From Prorocentrum cordatum (lineage: Eukaryota), in the NCBI GenBank assembly GCA_963575745.1, contig CAUYUJ010000030.1, positions 1 through 64,000 of the forward strand: 64,000 bases of DNA, given 5' to 3'. The notes beneath the pieces were generated by a model. It was not told where the DNA came from. It searched no databases and saw only the letters and a list, made by a program, of their open reading frames with translations. The translations under genes and the position numbers were made by a program. Shown here one piece after another: positions 22,831 to 34,745 of this stretch; the stretch's first letter is position 1; every line of letters starts with the position of its first letter.

Positions 22831-24589
22831 TTGTTGCGCAGGCGATGTCGATCGGCAGGGTGGTCACGAAACACGTCCAGGGCCTGGATATTCCGCGGTG
22901 CTCTCTGTGTCCTCCGCCGACGCCGAGGAGGACCGATTGCCGATCACCGACTCCGGTTCTCCGTGGTGATCTCTACGTTGTCCGGACTTTCCGCGGTGAT
23001 TGTCCCGGCTTCCCGCGGTGATCTCGGCGTCCCCCGCCAACGCCAAAATCCGATTGCCGATCACCGATTCTTCCAAACAGCCACGCTGTCGACCTCACGG
23101 CCTGCATTCAACCTCCAGGCTGGTGGACACCATGTCGCTGCTGATGGCCAGTATTTCCAACATGGGCTTGATCATTGGGATCGTTGTGCCCACTTCGGCG
23201 CCGTCCCCGGTGCGCGGGTTCTTCTCTGTCTGCCTGGCGTCGCGCTCGTGCTGCTGCGAGTGGGGCTGCCGAGCGTAGCGCTGCTCGGCGTGGCGCTGCC
23301 GGTCGCTGTGATCGCTGCTAGCCAGGCTGCTGGCCACGCCGCTGCTGGCGCTGTCGGGGCGCTGCCGGTCGTCGAGGTGCTGGAGATCATGCTGGCGCCG
23401 CTGCGCATGGGCTGCTGGCCCCGCCGCGGGGCGGGAGCCCTCCGGGCCGAGTCCGGGGCAGCCGCTCCCACGGCCGAACCTTCGGCAGACGAGACACCGC
23501 CCTTATGGCGCCGCCGTGGGGCTCACTGCGGTGCAGCTGGTTGCGTCGGTGCCGCTGCGCGCGGCTCTCTGGTCACCGTCGTGCCGCCGAGGGTGCCAGC
23601 GCAGCCGCGAAGGGTGCTAGCCGACGCTGCCGATGATGCCGCAGTCGGCCCCGCTGGCGCTGTCGGCGCAGCTGTGAGCGCTGCAGTCGTCGCCGAAGAG
23701 CCGCCAGCGGCGTTGCCGGTCGCCATTCCGGCGCACGCCTCCCGCGCCCCAGAGATGCGCTCGTGGATGCGCTACAGGCGGCCCCTGGGCCTCGCCGTGG
23801 TGCCGCGGGTCGCGGTGGTGTAGCTGGTTGCACACGCGGCGATGCTGTGAGTGGAGCTGCTGGTTGCGTGCTGCACGTGCTGGTTGCACCAGCGCTGCTG
23901 CACGTAGGTCTGCTCGTTGCGTGGCACTGAGTGCATGGAGCTGCTGGTCACCGCTGCATCGGCGCAGCTGCACTGCGTCGGTGCTACGGCGCTGCCGCCC
24001 AGCGTCGGTGCTGTCGCAATGCGTCGGTGCTGCCGCTCAGCGCGCGTGCTACTCTGCGGTGGTACTGATTCTCAGCGTCGGTGCTGTTTGAGCCTCGCTG
24101 GCGCTGCTCAACGCCAGTGCTCGCCATTGTCGCCTCTGCACGGCGCCACTGCTGCACCGCGACCACGCCGCTGCCCATCGTCGGCGCTGCTGCTGCCTGT
24201 CGCGGTGGGCCCCAGGGACCCGGCGCGACCTCGGTCCTGACCAAGCGAGGTCGGCGCTGCAAATGCTTAAGCAAACAATGGTTCCGGATCGCGCGACGGT
24301 CCAGCTGGCCCGACCAAGCAAGACGCAGACGTGATGCGCGGTACCGAAGCCCTTCCTCGAGCCGAACCTGGCGCAGGCCGCCGCGGGCGGCTGGACGCTC
24401 TCCTTAGCGGGCTGCCTCCTGCTGCTGGCCCATCTCGTCGGACCCTCTGGAGCTCGTGGAACTTGCGAGCTTCCCGAGCCCCCGCCCGCGCCCTCGGGGG
24501 CTGCAACCGTCGTCTGGTTTGCGACGTGGCACCAGCACCTCTGGCAGACCCGTCGCACCCCCGGATCGAACGAGGCAATTAGCGCGGCA

Positions 24590-25325
24590 CTCAGCGGAGC
24601 CGTCGATGAAGCTGACGGCCCAACCGTTGACGAAGCTGTCAGCGCAGATGTCTGCGATGCAATCGCTGAGGCAGTTGACCAAGGAATTGGCGATGCTCTC
24701 GACGAAGCGGTCGACGAAGCCATCGGCGAAGCTGCCGACGAAGCTGTCGGCTCCGTGGCCCGCCCGGCTGCCGGCGCCGCTGCCAACGAGGCTGTTGGTG
24801 AAGCTGTCAGCGCCGTAGTCTGCGATGTTGGCGAAGCTGCTGTCGGGTCCGTCCGCCATGCGTTCGGCGAATCTGTCAACGGAACTGACCGCGGAGCTGT
24901 TGACGTGACGGATCTCTCAACTAGGCTTTCGGCGAATCTGTCAGGGGGGCCGCTGCGACGCGTCGTCGAAGTTGTCGACGAGGCGATCGGCGAATCCGTC
25001 GATGAAGCTGGCGACGAAGCGCCGCCGTCGAAGACGCCGTCGTCGAGGCTAGTGGCGAAGCTATCGGCGCCGCGGCCAGGTAAACAAGCGGCGAAGCAGC
25101 TGGCGAGGCGATCAGCGGGGCTCGCGGCAAATTCGTCGACGAAACTGTTGACGGAGTTGTTGCTGAAGCTGTCAGCCCTGCCGTCGGCGCTGTCAACGAG
25201 GCCGTCGGCGAAGAATTCGACGAGGCCGTCGTCCCAAGCCTCGGCGAAGCCCCCGACGCCAGCGAGGCTGCAGGGCTGCAGGCGAGGCCGTTGGCGAGAC
25301 CGTTGGTCCAGCTGTCGGCGAAGAC
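24590..25325. repeat. Degenerate 12-bp minisatellite (GAAGCTGTCGGC)n
   Basis: Unit repeated with 12-nt periodicity; reads ADSF on the - strand. Confidence 0.85.
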
Positions 25326-26264
25326 GCCCCCGTCGCGTCGATTCTGTCGCTGTTCTTGCCCGCGGGTCGCGCCGAGGTCTTCCAGCTGCGTATCTCTCCG
25401 AAAGGTTCGCGAGACCTGCGATATGAAAACCTGTGAGGCCTGTCGAGAGGCCTGCTGAGCCTCGAGGGTGATGATGGTCTGCGAAGCCAATCGCGGACAG
25501 CCTGCGAGGCTTGTCGCGGTGGGCCCCCTGCGGCCAGTCAAGGCCACGGTCCGGACCAAGCAAGGTCAGCGACGAAATGGATTGAGTCCAGATGGTCTCG
25601 GACCAAGCGAGGTCGACCCAGCGGCGTTCCATCTGGCTCGCACATGCAAGCGGGCGACAGAGGGGCGACAGCGCTGCGCGGCCCCGAAGCCCTTCCCGCC
25701 CCACATAGACTCGTAGGTCCTGCCGCGCTGAGGCCCCACGCCTCTTCCTGAGCGCCCGCCCCCGCCCGCGGCTGAGGAGGGGCCCAGGATGGGGCGGGCG
25801 CCTTCGCCGCGTGGGTGTCCAACGGGAGACGCGGGTCCAGGACTACCCGAGTGGACACGCGATAGGGCCCAGCTGGAGCCCCCTCGCGACGGCGGCCGAC
25901 GTTCCACCGAGCCCCGGGGACTGGACGCCGCCGCGCTCTCTCGCGAGGAGACCCGCCGGGCCGAAGGAGGAGCACGAAGGGGGTTCCCTTTGCCAGGCGA
26001 GGCCCCCCCAAAAGTCGAGCCTGGGGTAGGCTCCCGCGACGAGGCGGGGGGCCGCGTCCACGCCGAGCGCGGGCGGCGCGCAGCAGCACGATCTCCCGGA
26101 GGCACGCGCGGCCCCTGCTCGCCTGCGGCACGGCGGGCGGTCGCTTGGACCCGTCGCCTCCTACTGGTCCGTAACGTTGGACCCGCTGGAGCTCGCCGAG
26201 CTCAACGGGCACCCGGAGCCCCCGCCTCTGCCCCAGGAGGCTGCAGACGTCGCCAAGTTCGCGG

Positions 26265-26710
26265 GGTGGCGATGCTGTCGGCGTCGCTCCTGGCGAAGGT
26301 GTCCGCGAGGCCGTCGGCGCCGTGGTCCGTGAGGCTGTCGGCGAAGCTGTCGGCGGGGCCGTCGGCGATGCCCTTAGCGAAGCTGCCGATACTGCCGTCG
26401 ACGCAGCTGTCGGCGGAGCTGCCGATCGTCGAGGCTGTCGATGCGGCTGCCGTTGACGAAGCCGTCGGCGCAGCTGTCGGCGGAGCTCTCCGCGGAGCAC
26501 TCTGGCGCAGCTGTCGGCAAAGCTGTCGGCGAAACACTCGGCAGAGCTGTCGGCGGAGACGTGGGCGTAGCTGCCGGCGAAGCTGTCGGCGACGCTGCCT
26601 GCGACGCCTCGACGCAGCTCTCGGGGAAGCTCTTGGCGCAGCTGTCGGCGAAGCTCTCGACCGCCGTAGTCTGTGAGGCTGTCGGCGAAGCTCTCGGCGC
26701 CGCCGTTAAC
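26265..26710. repeat. Second block of the 12-bp (GAAGCTGTCGGC)n minisatellite
   Basis: Same unit as 24590-25325. Confidence 0.85.
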
Positions 26711-27349
26711 AGTGCTGCCTCTCTTTCCCCAGGCGAAGCCTGGCTGTGGGAGGAGCCGCCGCACTGCGAAGCGCCATGCGCGAAGGGCGCCGCCGGTGCC
26801 CGCTGCGGCCCTGAGTCGGAGACCCGGCAAGCCATGCCTCTACGGCAAGGCCGCTGAGAGCGAGGCCCCGCTGTCGGCGGTGCCCGCAGCCATCCCCGCT
26901 CGTACCCCCCTCTTTCTGCCGCCACGCGGGGGCCCTGCGGCGCGCCATGCGCGGGGGGCACCCTTGGGCTCGAGGGCGCACGGCCCAATGGCCAGCATGT
27001 ATGCGCCCAACCGTTGTTCAGAAACGGAGCCCAAATGGCAACAAAAGTCGGGCGGTGAAGGAGGATGCACTTACGTGTTGGCACACGGCGACACCATCTC
27101 ACTGCTTTTGTCACCGGGCGAAGGAAAATGTTCAGCCTCTGCTGTCATACACTCAGGAGGTGCAGCGGGAGCCACTGGAAAGAGGAGGATAACCACGACG
27201 AGGGATGATATGTAGAGGAATTGAGGCGGAGGAGGGATAGCCTGGCAGCGAGGGATCAGTTCACGGGCGCCAGATCGGCACCGCAACACACCGAGAGGGA
27301 AGGGGATGGCGGGGAGCATGTAGCCAGACCATCCCTCTCTCGCTCTCGT

Positions 27350-28272
27350 TGTTCCTCTTGTCCTCCTCCTCCTCCTCCTCATGCTTCTCCTCCTCCTCCT
27401 CCTCCTCCTCCTCCTCCTCCTCCTCCGCCTCCGCCTCCGCCCCCTCCTCCGCCTCCTCCTCCTCCCCCTCCTCCCCTCCTCCTCCTCTCCTCCTCCTCCT
27501 CCTCCTCCTCCTCCTCCCCTCCTCCCCCCTCCTCCCCCTCACACTCCTCGCCTTCCTCTCCCTCCTCCCCTTCTCCTCCTCCAGCTCATCTCCCTCCTCC
27601 ATCAGCTCCTCCCCTTCTCCGCCTCCCACTCCCTCTTGATAATCCCCCCTCGCTTGCCTCACCTCCCCCTCCTCCTCCCTCCTCCAGTTCTCCCGCCCAT
27701 GTCCCCCTTAGAACTTTTCGATCCCCGCCGTGCCTCGCACGGTGAGGACTGCTGAGCGCCTTGAGTGCAGCAAGGGGCTCCGAATTAGCAGCGGACGGGG
27801 CCTGGCTCCACCGCGAGCACGGCCTCCTCCTCCGCCTCCCCTCCCCTCCCCTCTCCTCCTCCTCCTCCTCCTCCTCCCTCCTCCTCCTCCTCCTCCTCCT
27901 CCTCCTCCTCCTCTTCCTCCTCCTCCTCCTCCTCCTCCTCCTCCTCCTCTCCTCCTCCTCGCCTCCTCCTCCTCCTCCTCCTCCTCCTCCTCCTCCTCCT
28001 CCCCATCCTCCGCCTCTCCTCATCATCATCTCCTCTTCCTTTTCCTCTCTCCTCCTCCTCCTCCTCCTCCTCCTCCTCCTCCTCCTCCTCCTCTTTTTCT
28101 CCTCCTCCTCCTCCTCATCCTCCTCTTCCTCGTCCTCTTCCTCTTCCTCTTCTTCCTCCTCCTCCTCCGCCTCCTCCTCCAATTTACGTTAAGCAAACCT
28201 TAGGAACAAAACCTGTGGCGTTTTCCTTCTCCTCCTCCTCCTCCGCCTCCTCCTCCTCATCCTCCTCCTCCA
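27350..28272. repeat. Compound (CCT)n microsatellite region
   Basis: Direct inspection. Confidence 0.93.
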
Positions 28273-28334
28273 GTCCTTATCCTTATAGATAACTTCCCCC
28301 TGTCGCACCCCGAGGCCAGTTTTCAGGGCGGGCT

Positions 28335-28600
28335 GGGCGTTTCGCCTGAGACTTCCTCACCATTCATGATTCTGAAGCTTACAACAGTTTCACGGATTGC
28401 GGGCGGGTTGTTTTCAACATGTGGCTGTCGCCTCAGCGCCGCGCACATTCGTATTACACATTTACAAGAGCTTCACGGATTGAGGGCGGTTCATTTTCAA
28501 CATGTGACTCTCGCCTTCGCGCCGCGTCCATTCGTTATAAAACTTTGCAAGGGTCAGCGTACAAGAAATAGCGTTCTGGAAGGATTCAGGATTATGAGGG
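28335..28600 (+). repeat. ~80-bp degenerate tandem repeat family (gtggctctcgcct.agcgccgcgc.cattcg...cttcacggattg)
   Basis: A longer array of the same unit lies at ~55270-55900. Confidence 0.8.
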
Positions 28601-30719
28601 TGCAACAGTTATGTTGATTCGCGGTGTTTCGGTCCCAGAAGTGGCGCTCCGGCACGATTCCGGATCGCAAGACGCAGCAGTCAGGCTGATTTGTGGCGTT
28701 GAAATTCCGAGAACAAGATTTTGGCATGCTTCAGGATCTTCAAACCGTTCTTCCAACGAGGCAGTTCCCTTAATGGAAATGACCCGTTGTAGGGGGCCTA
28801 TGAAGAGGGAGCTTGGAGGGAGGGTTAATTCCAACATCGTTGATGACTCTTGGTTTTACACTGGTCCTCCTCCTCCTCCTCCTCCTCCTCCTCCTCCTCC
28901 TCCTCCTCCTCCTCCTCCTCCCCCTCCCCCTCCCCCTCCCCCTTTCAAGCAACGTGGGCTCCAACCCTATTTTGGGCCCAATCCTCGGGGCTTCCACGCA
29001 GCGCTCGAGGGACTAGTTTACCGCGCCCCTGTCGCGGGACCCTCAACTAACACCGAGGATCAGCTTGTGCCGCCATGACCAGGAACCAGCAGCCAGGCTC
29101 TCTCTGGACCAGTTGCAGTCATTGTCAGAAGTGCGAGTGGAACAGCATCACCTGGACGAATCGCAACAAATGTACCCATTGTCAGCATCACCTCGAGCCT
29201 TTCGTTCCCCGCCGGTAAGGTTTCGTTCGGTGCCGACGATGAGGAGTTTCAAGAGATGAGGGGCCCCAGCTGCAGGGACCGCTCCTGCCAGGCATCTTGA
29301 CCAATCGCAGTCGAAGGCAGGCCGCGTGGCAAGGGCCACGGCGCGGACGTCAGGACGCTGCTGCTCCAGGCCATCGCCCCCACCTCGGACGCGAAGCTCT
29401 AGCAGGCCCTCCGGTCGCAGGTGTCTACCTTGGCCAGTGCGGCCGAGCAGGGGCTCCATGACAAGGAGAGCCCAGGCGGGGCCCTTCGCCGCGCCGAGGG
29501 GGCTCACCGCAGTGCAGAGCACATGCGCGAGCAGGCGGTGGCCAGCGTGCTGCGCCTGCAGAGCAACCTCGCGGCGGCTCAGGAGAAGGAGCAGCAGGCC
29601 GCTCTCGCCCTCGCCCGCGCAGCCGAGGCCAAAAAGGCAGCGGCTGTCGCCGTGGCCAAGGCCGAGGTCGCGCAGGCCCCAGGGCGCGAGGGGGTGCATC
29701 GTCAGACGGCCCTCTCTTCCAGATGTGCACCGGTAAGCTCGATCCCAGTCCTGAGGAGAAGAAGGCCCTCGAGCAACTCCACCAGCAGCTCATCGGGGTC
29801 CGCGCGGACCTTGCGGGCAAGACGTCGGAGGTGCAGAAGCGGTCGGCCAGCGCGCAGGAGCAAAAGAAGTTGCTCACCGAGCACATGGCGAAGAAGGGGC
29901 GAGCAGCATCAGGCCCGGCCGCGGCAAGTGGGTCAGGCGCGGCGCCCGTCGGTGCAGGCGGCCTCCCGCCAGCCGAGACCCAGCCAGCTGCGCCTCAGCC
30001 CGTAAACGCTGAGGCACATGAGGGAGAGCTCGACAAAGCCAAGCTGCTCTATGCAAATGCCACAGAGCTCAGAGAGCGCACTTGGAAGTATATGGAGTCT
30101 CGGATCGCTGAGTACGAGCACTGGGCTTTGAGGGAGGCCCACTGTCATTTGGACACGGAGATTGGCTCGTGGAGCGCCCAGGCCAGGGGTTCAAAGCTGC
30201 AGCTCCACCAGAATCCAGCACGCGTGAGTGGGGAAGCTTGCAAGGTGCAGAATGGTGAGAGTTTTCTTTCTCGGCGTTTCGACATTGGGCGGAAGGGGGG
30301 GAGGGGGGGGTCTGGCTCCAGACCTCTGCTTAGTGTGACTGTTTGCGACAGTGCGTCCTATGGGGGAGACTCCACCTGCTCGAAACAGGCACCAAAAACA
30401 GCCAAGATCTACTCCATGGGGGGGTGGAGGGGTCCCGCGCCGATCGGCAGAATAGTAAATAAGAAAACGATTCCATGCGCAAGCTCGCTCCAATGAGGGC
30501 GGGGAGGTGTTTTTCGCTCGGCAGCATCTGCAGGCACACGTCCTACCCACGTCCTACCAGAGGTTCGTGCTGTTGGGCTGGGCGTCATCTTCGGGATCCA
30601 AGTCATCGGGCGTCGTTGGATGGAGTGTTGCCGATTGTGCTGCGCTTGACTGGATTCTCAAGGTCGGTCACTCTTCATGGATTGTCCTCGATCGGTGTAA
30701 GTCCCGAAACAGAGCGCGA

Positions 30720-31040
30720 TCCCATCGGATTGGAGGACTCGCTTCTGCCGCTCACATGCCCTGGGCTCTTCTTGGTGACTTCAATCTGACACCGTCTGAC
30801 CTCGCGAAGTCGCACGTCGTCCAGCGCGCACACGGCGCTGCGCGAAGTGCGCCAGGCATCGCTGGCACGTGTTGTATTGCGCGATTCCATCCGATTGGAG
30901 GACTCGCTTCTGCCGCTCACATGCCCTGGCCCTGGGCTCTTCTTGGTGAGCTCACTCTGCCACCGTCCGACCTCGCGAAAAGTCGCACGCCGTCCAGCGC
31001 GCTGACACCGCTGCGCGAAGTGCGCCAGGCATCGAGGGCA
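30720..31040 (+). repeat. Tandem duplication (~165 bp) inside the LINE endonuclease region
   Basis: gattggaggactcgcttctgccgctcacatgccctgg...gacctcgcgaa...cgcgaagtgcgccaggcatcg occurs twice. Confidence 0.88.
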
Positions 31041-31077
31041 CGCGTTCGCTTGAAAAAAAACCTGGCAGCATGCTAGA

Positions 31078-31236
31078 TTTAGGTCGGGCATGTCCCCCTA
31101 AAGGCCGATTTCCGACGGAAAATTAAAAGTACTCAGGAATATTCGAAAATAGTCAAAACTACTATAATAATTGTCCCCTGACTATTTCCTGACTAATTGT
31201 GAAGATTCTTCCTGTAAAAGGACAAGCCCCCATAAT
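31078..31236. mobile_element. MITE family C copy
   Basis: ttaggtcgggcatgtcc...cctgtaaaaggacaagccc is homologous to 17646-17806. Confidence 0.8.
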
Positions 31237-33316
31237 AACCACCCCAACACGCGAAGTCGTTTAGTAAACGCGCCCACAAGAGGAATCGAACAGGGATGGG
31301 CTGTTTAGTAAACGCCCAGGGCCGTTCAGTAAATGCCAGTTGTCGGGTCGGGGCGGTTGTCCCTCCCTTGAAAAAGGACCTGGCAGCATGCTAGATTCCA
31401 TTGTCATGAGTGACCTGGCCGTCCCGTTAATAAAAATTTGTCTGCGGCGAAACCGGCACCATGGAAACCGCCCTGTGGTCTTGCTGTTTCTCGCAGGAGC
31501 TCGGCCCCCCAGCTCACTACGAGAGTGCTTGAGCTCCCCAGGAAGTTGCCCCAATGCCCTCGACCTCAGGCGGAGCCCACTCCTGGGTCCCAAAGTAGTC
31601 ATGCTCGGGCCCGGCGGGATCTAGCGTGCAGGACTACTCGCGATGAAAGGTCTGAGCGCATTCGGTCTCTTTTCGGCGATTGCCTCGAGGGCGGTCAAGA
31701 GAGCTCTCGATCTCACCCGTCTCTCGAGCCTGGCGGCGAATGGATCAGAGATCTCGACCCCGAGGCTGCCGAAGACCCATCTCACGAATTTCAGAAGTTA
31801 TATTTGCGGAGGAGGAGGGGGAGGAGGAGGAAGAGGACCCTCGGAAGGAGGAGCTCAACCTCAGTCCGTCTCGTTGTGCGCCCAAAAGTGAGGTTTTGCC
31901 TCCCGACGCCCAGGGCCCGCGCAGGCCTGCCAGCGCCGCCGAGGCTTCCGACGGCGTGGACGGCAGCTCGCAGCGGGCGCCGATGGACGTGGAGCCGCCC
32001 TCGAGGCCGACCGTCCTTCTTCGCATGCTGGTCTCGCGCAAAGTAGCTCCGATTCGGTAGACGGTCAGAGTGGGGATTTCGGACGCGACGAAACCCAGTC
32101 CCCAGCCGGTCTCACGAGAGCTCCGGGCGATCCCCCTCCCCCCCGCCCCTGGCCCCCGCGTTTCACGCTCCCTGGGAGCCCTGGGCGCGAGTTGCATCGC
32201 CATCTGGGGAATGTAATGCTGCGCAGGCGGGATCAGTGGAGCTGGCTATTCTGCGGCACCACGGTGTGGAGCAGACTCAGGGACACCCCTCCCGAGCAGC
32301 AAATCCACGCTTTGTGGTTCAGCCGGCACGTCGCATTTTCCTCTCACGCACACTCGTCAGATACACCTTAGAGACGCGAAGTCCCAGTGGTGGACGCTTC
32401 TACATGCAGTTCTGCAAGGTACCACAAGGCATTGACAGAGTGGCAGTGGGGCTCGACAGATGGGTCAATATCTTGAGGCTTGTCGCTGTGTATTGTCGGG
32501 ACGACCTGCAGGCATCCATGCAATCGTTCGTGACGGCCGAGATCCGCCCTGGACCCAGTGGACATCCACCCTTACCGATCCGATGGGGATTCAACTGCCT
32601 GTGTCGGAGTCCCAAGCGGAGTCGGTGAGGCGTGTGACGGAGCACGCTCAGAGAGCGGCAATGCATGACCCTCTGTCGGAATTTAAGAAGTGGATCACCG
32701 AGCCATAGGCGATGGGAGTCTTGCACAACGACACCCAGGCCTCCACACTTGCCGACCAACCAGATGATGGATGGGGGCACCCTGCTGTACCGCCCCGAGG
32801 ACACCATGGATTGCAAGCAGCGGGCTGATCAGAAGGTGTGAGCCCCCACCCCGATCGACGAAGCTTCTACCTTTGCCATGTTTCGTGAAATCAAGGAGGC
32901 TGCTGGTTGGGAACCTCTTAGGGCTTAGGGGCATCACGGCGGAGGATGTGTATTACGCGTCGGCGAAGATGAAGGCCCGAGCAGGCCTGGAGGCTGACAT
33001 GCTCGCTCCAGTGGGTCCTCAGCGTTTGTCAGTTTGCGCAGTCTCGGAGTTGGCGCTGATCCTGCGATAGAGTGTCAACTCACGTGGCCAATCCAGGTTA
33101 TGCTGATCATGGGGAGATGGATTCCCAAGTGGGCAACCGGGGATCGCGCGATCGGGCTGGCATCCACGCTGGGCAGACTGTGGTCTCTCATCCGCGAGCC
33201 TCTGGTTCGCGATTGGTCGAGAGACCATACGGCGGCCTGGGACGCGGCCATAGAAGGCAACAGTTGCTTGCAGGAGGCGCATCTCCGAGCGATGGACGAG
33301 AAGCGGGCGCACACTA

Positions 33317-33510
33317 CAAGGGAGGCCCGACCACAAGAAGCCTTCCACAAGAAACCCAACCCTGAGACCCCAGGACGTCTATTGATGTTTGGTGTAGGAA
33401 CGTCACGCTTTCCATCGCAAGACCATGGCAAAACCATCGAAACCCAAGCAACCCAGGGCACCCTGGAGGTAAGCAGGGTGTTTCTTGGCATGGGCCCCTG
33501 GCCCCCGCTG
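33317..33510. mobile_element. Tc1/mariner-type MITE (TA TSD) interrupting the LINE RT
   Basis: TA flanks at 33315-33316 and 33511-33512; interior homologous to 37570-37746; removal restores the frame RAHTMRMQCGQTITDIQPFY. Confidence 0.82.
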
Positions 33511-34121
33511 TATGCGGATGCAATGCGGCCAAACGATCACGGATATACAGCCCTTCTACGGCAGAGTCCCGTGGGTGCGCTCGGCTCGAGCTGAGCTTGA
33601 GATGTCCTTCCCTCCTGTTGCTTTGCAGTTAGAGCTGTTGCAAAGCATCGTATGTCGTGCTCTGATTCAGTATAGTGCCGCCACGGGTCCATTTGAACCG
33701 TCCCAGGGCGTGGTCCAGGGGCTTCGTTCGGGCACGCACTTCGCTTGCAATGCTCATGCAATTCGTGATGGCGCGGGTCACGGCAGCGAGCCCCCACATG
33801 GGACACCGCCTGTGGACCTATGATAATCATCAGAAGGTCGTGGGATCTCGCAGTGCAGTCAGACGTAGCAACGTAAAGGCTATTGTAGACACATGCCGTT
33901 CCCTTGAGGCGAATCAGCTGGAAGTGTTTCCTAAGTCGGTGGTCCTATTGTACGACGGCAGACGATGCAGTGGCAGTGGTGCGCGCAGTTCGTATCAGGG
34001 GCGATCGTATCCAGGCAGCGCGTCGGGCAACATATCTAGGATTGGACTTCAACCGTGGGCGACGGGGACGGCAGATCAGAACGCAAAGGAATGCCAATCA
34101 TAAGAAGATTAATGATAATAA

Positions 34122-34347
34122 AATCTCGGCGACTCCAAAGGGTGTGGTTTGCAGCGGGTGTGGTTTGCAACCGGCACCCTGGGGAACCTCCTGGAAGAGC
34201 ACCCTGGGAGGGCGCGAGGGGACCCAGATAGAGTTCTCCCGCGCCCCGAGGAGGCCCGACGAGGACAGGGTCGTGCCCCCCAGGCCCCAACGGTGCCGAT
34301 CGCAAACCACACCCCGGCGTAACCATACGCTTTGTAGCCGCCAAGAA
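34122..34347. mobile_element. MITE with ~55-bp imperfect TIRs inside the LINE
   Basis: ggcgactccaaagggtgtggtttgc...gtgtggtttgcaaccggcacc / ggtgccgatcgcaaaccacac...aaccatacgctttgtagccgcc. Confidence 0.75.
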
Positions 34348-34619
34348 TCAAGCGGTTCACGCGGGCGTCCAGGCGGTACCACCGCGCTCCGCGGCTCGAG
34401 AGAGCCGGAGGGCAGCCTGCGGTGGCTTATACGGTTTTCAGGTGCCCGGAGTGCTCGGGCATTGCAGCTGAGGAAGTGCAGAAGGCGACTGGCAGCCACG
34501 CGTGCAGCAGGAACAGATGGGACGCACAGGGCCATTCTAATACCAGATGTCCTCCTTGGAGGCGCGCGTCCGGCCCGAAGATATAATTTACACATCTTGT
34601 AGTAGATCGTTTCCCGAGC

Positions 34620-34745
34620 GGTGTGGCCAGAAAGCGCCCGCCACGACGCATATACTATAAGATTTCGCGGTGCGCGCGTCGCCCCTGTTGGGGGCGACGC
34701 ACATATAGTATAAGTATGTTGGGGTGACGCCGAACAGAGGGTAGG
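34620..34745. mobile_element. Small palindromic insertion in the LINE
   Basis: tatactata...gcgtcgcccc-tgttg-ggggcgacgc...tatagtata hairpin. Confidence 0.55.

Noticed and set aside
22831..25704. 330-aa and 551-aa ORFs
   Set aside because: Ala/Ser/Arg-rich products of degenerate GCT-rich and 12-bp repeats, with no domain motifs.
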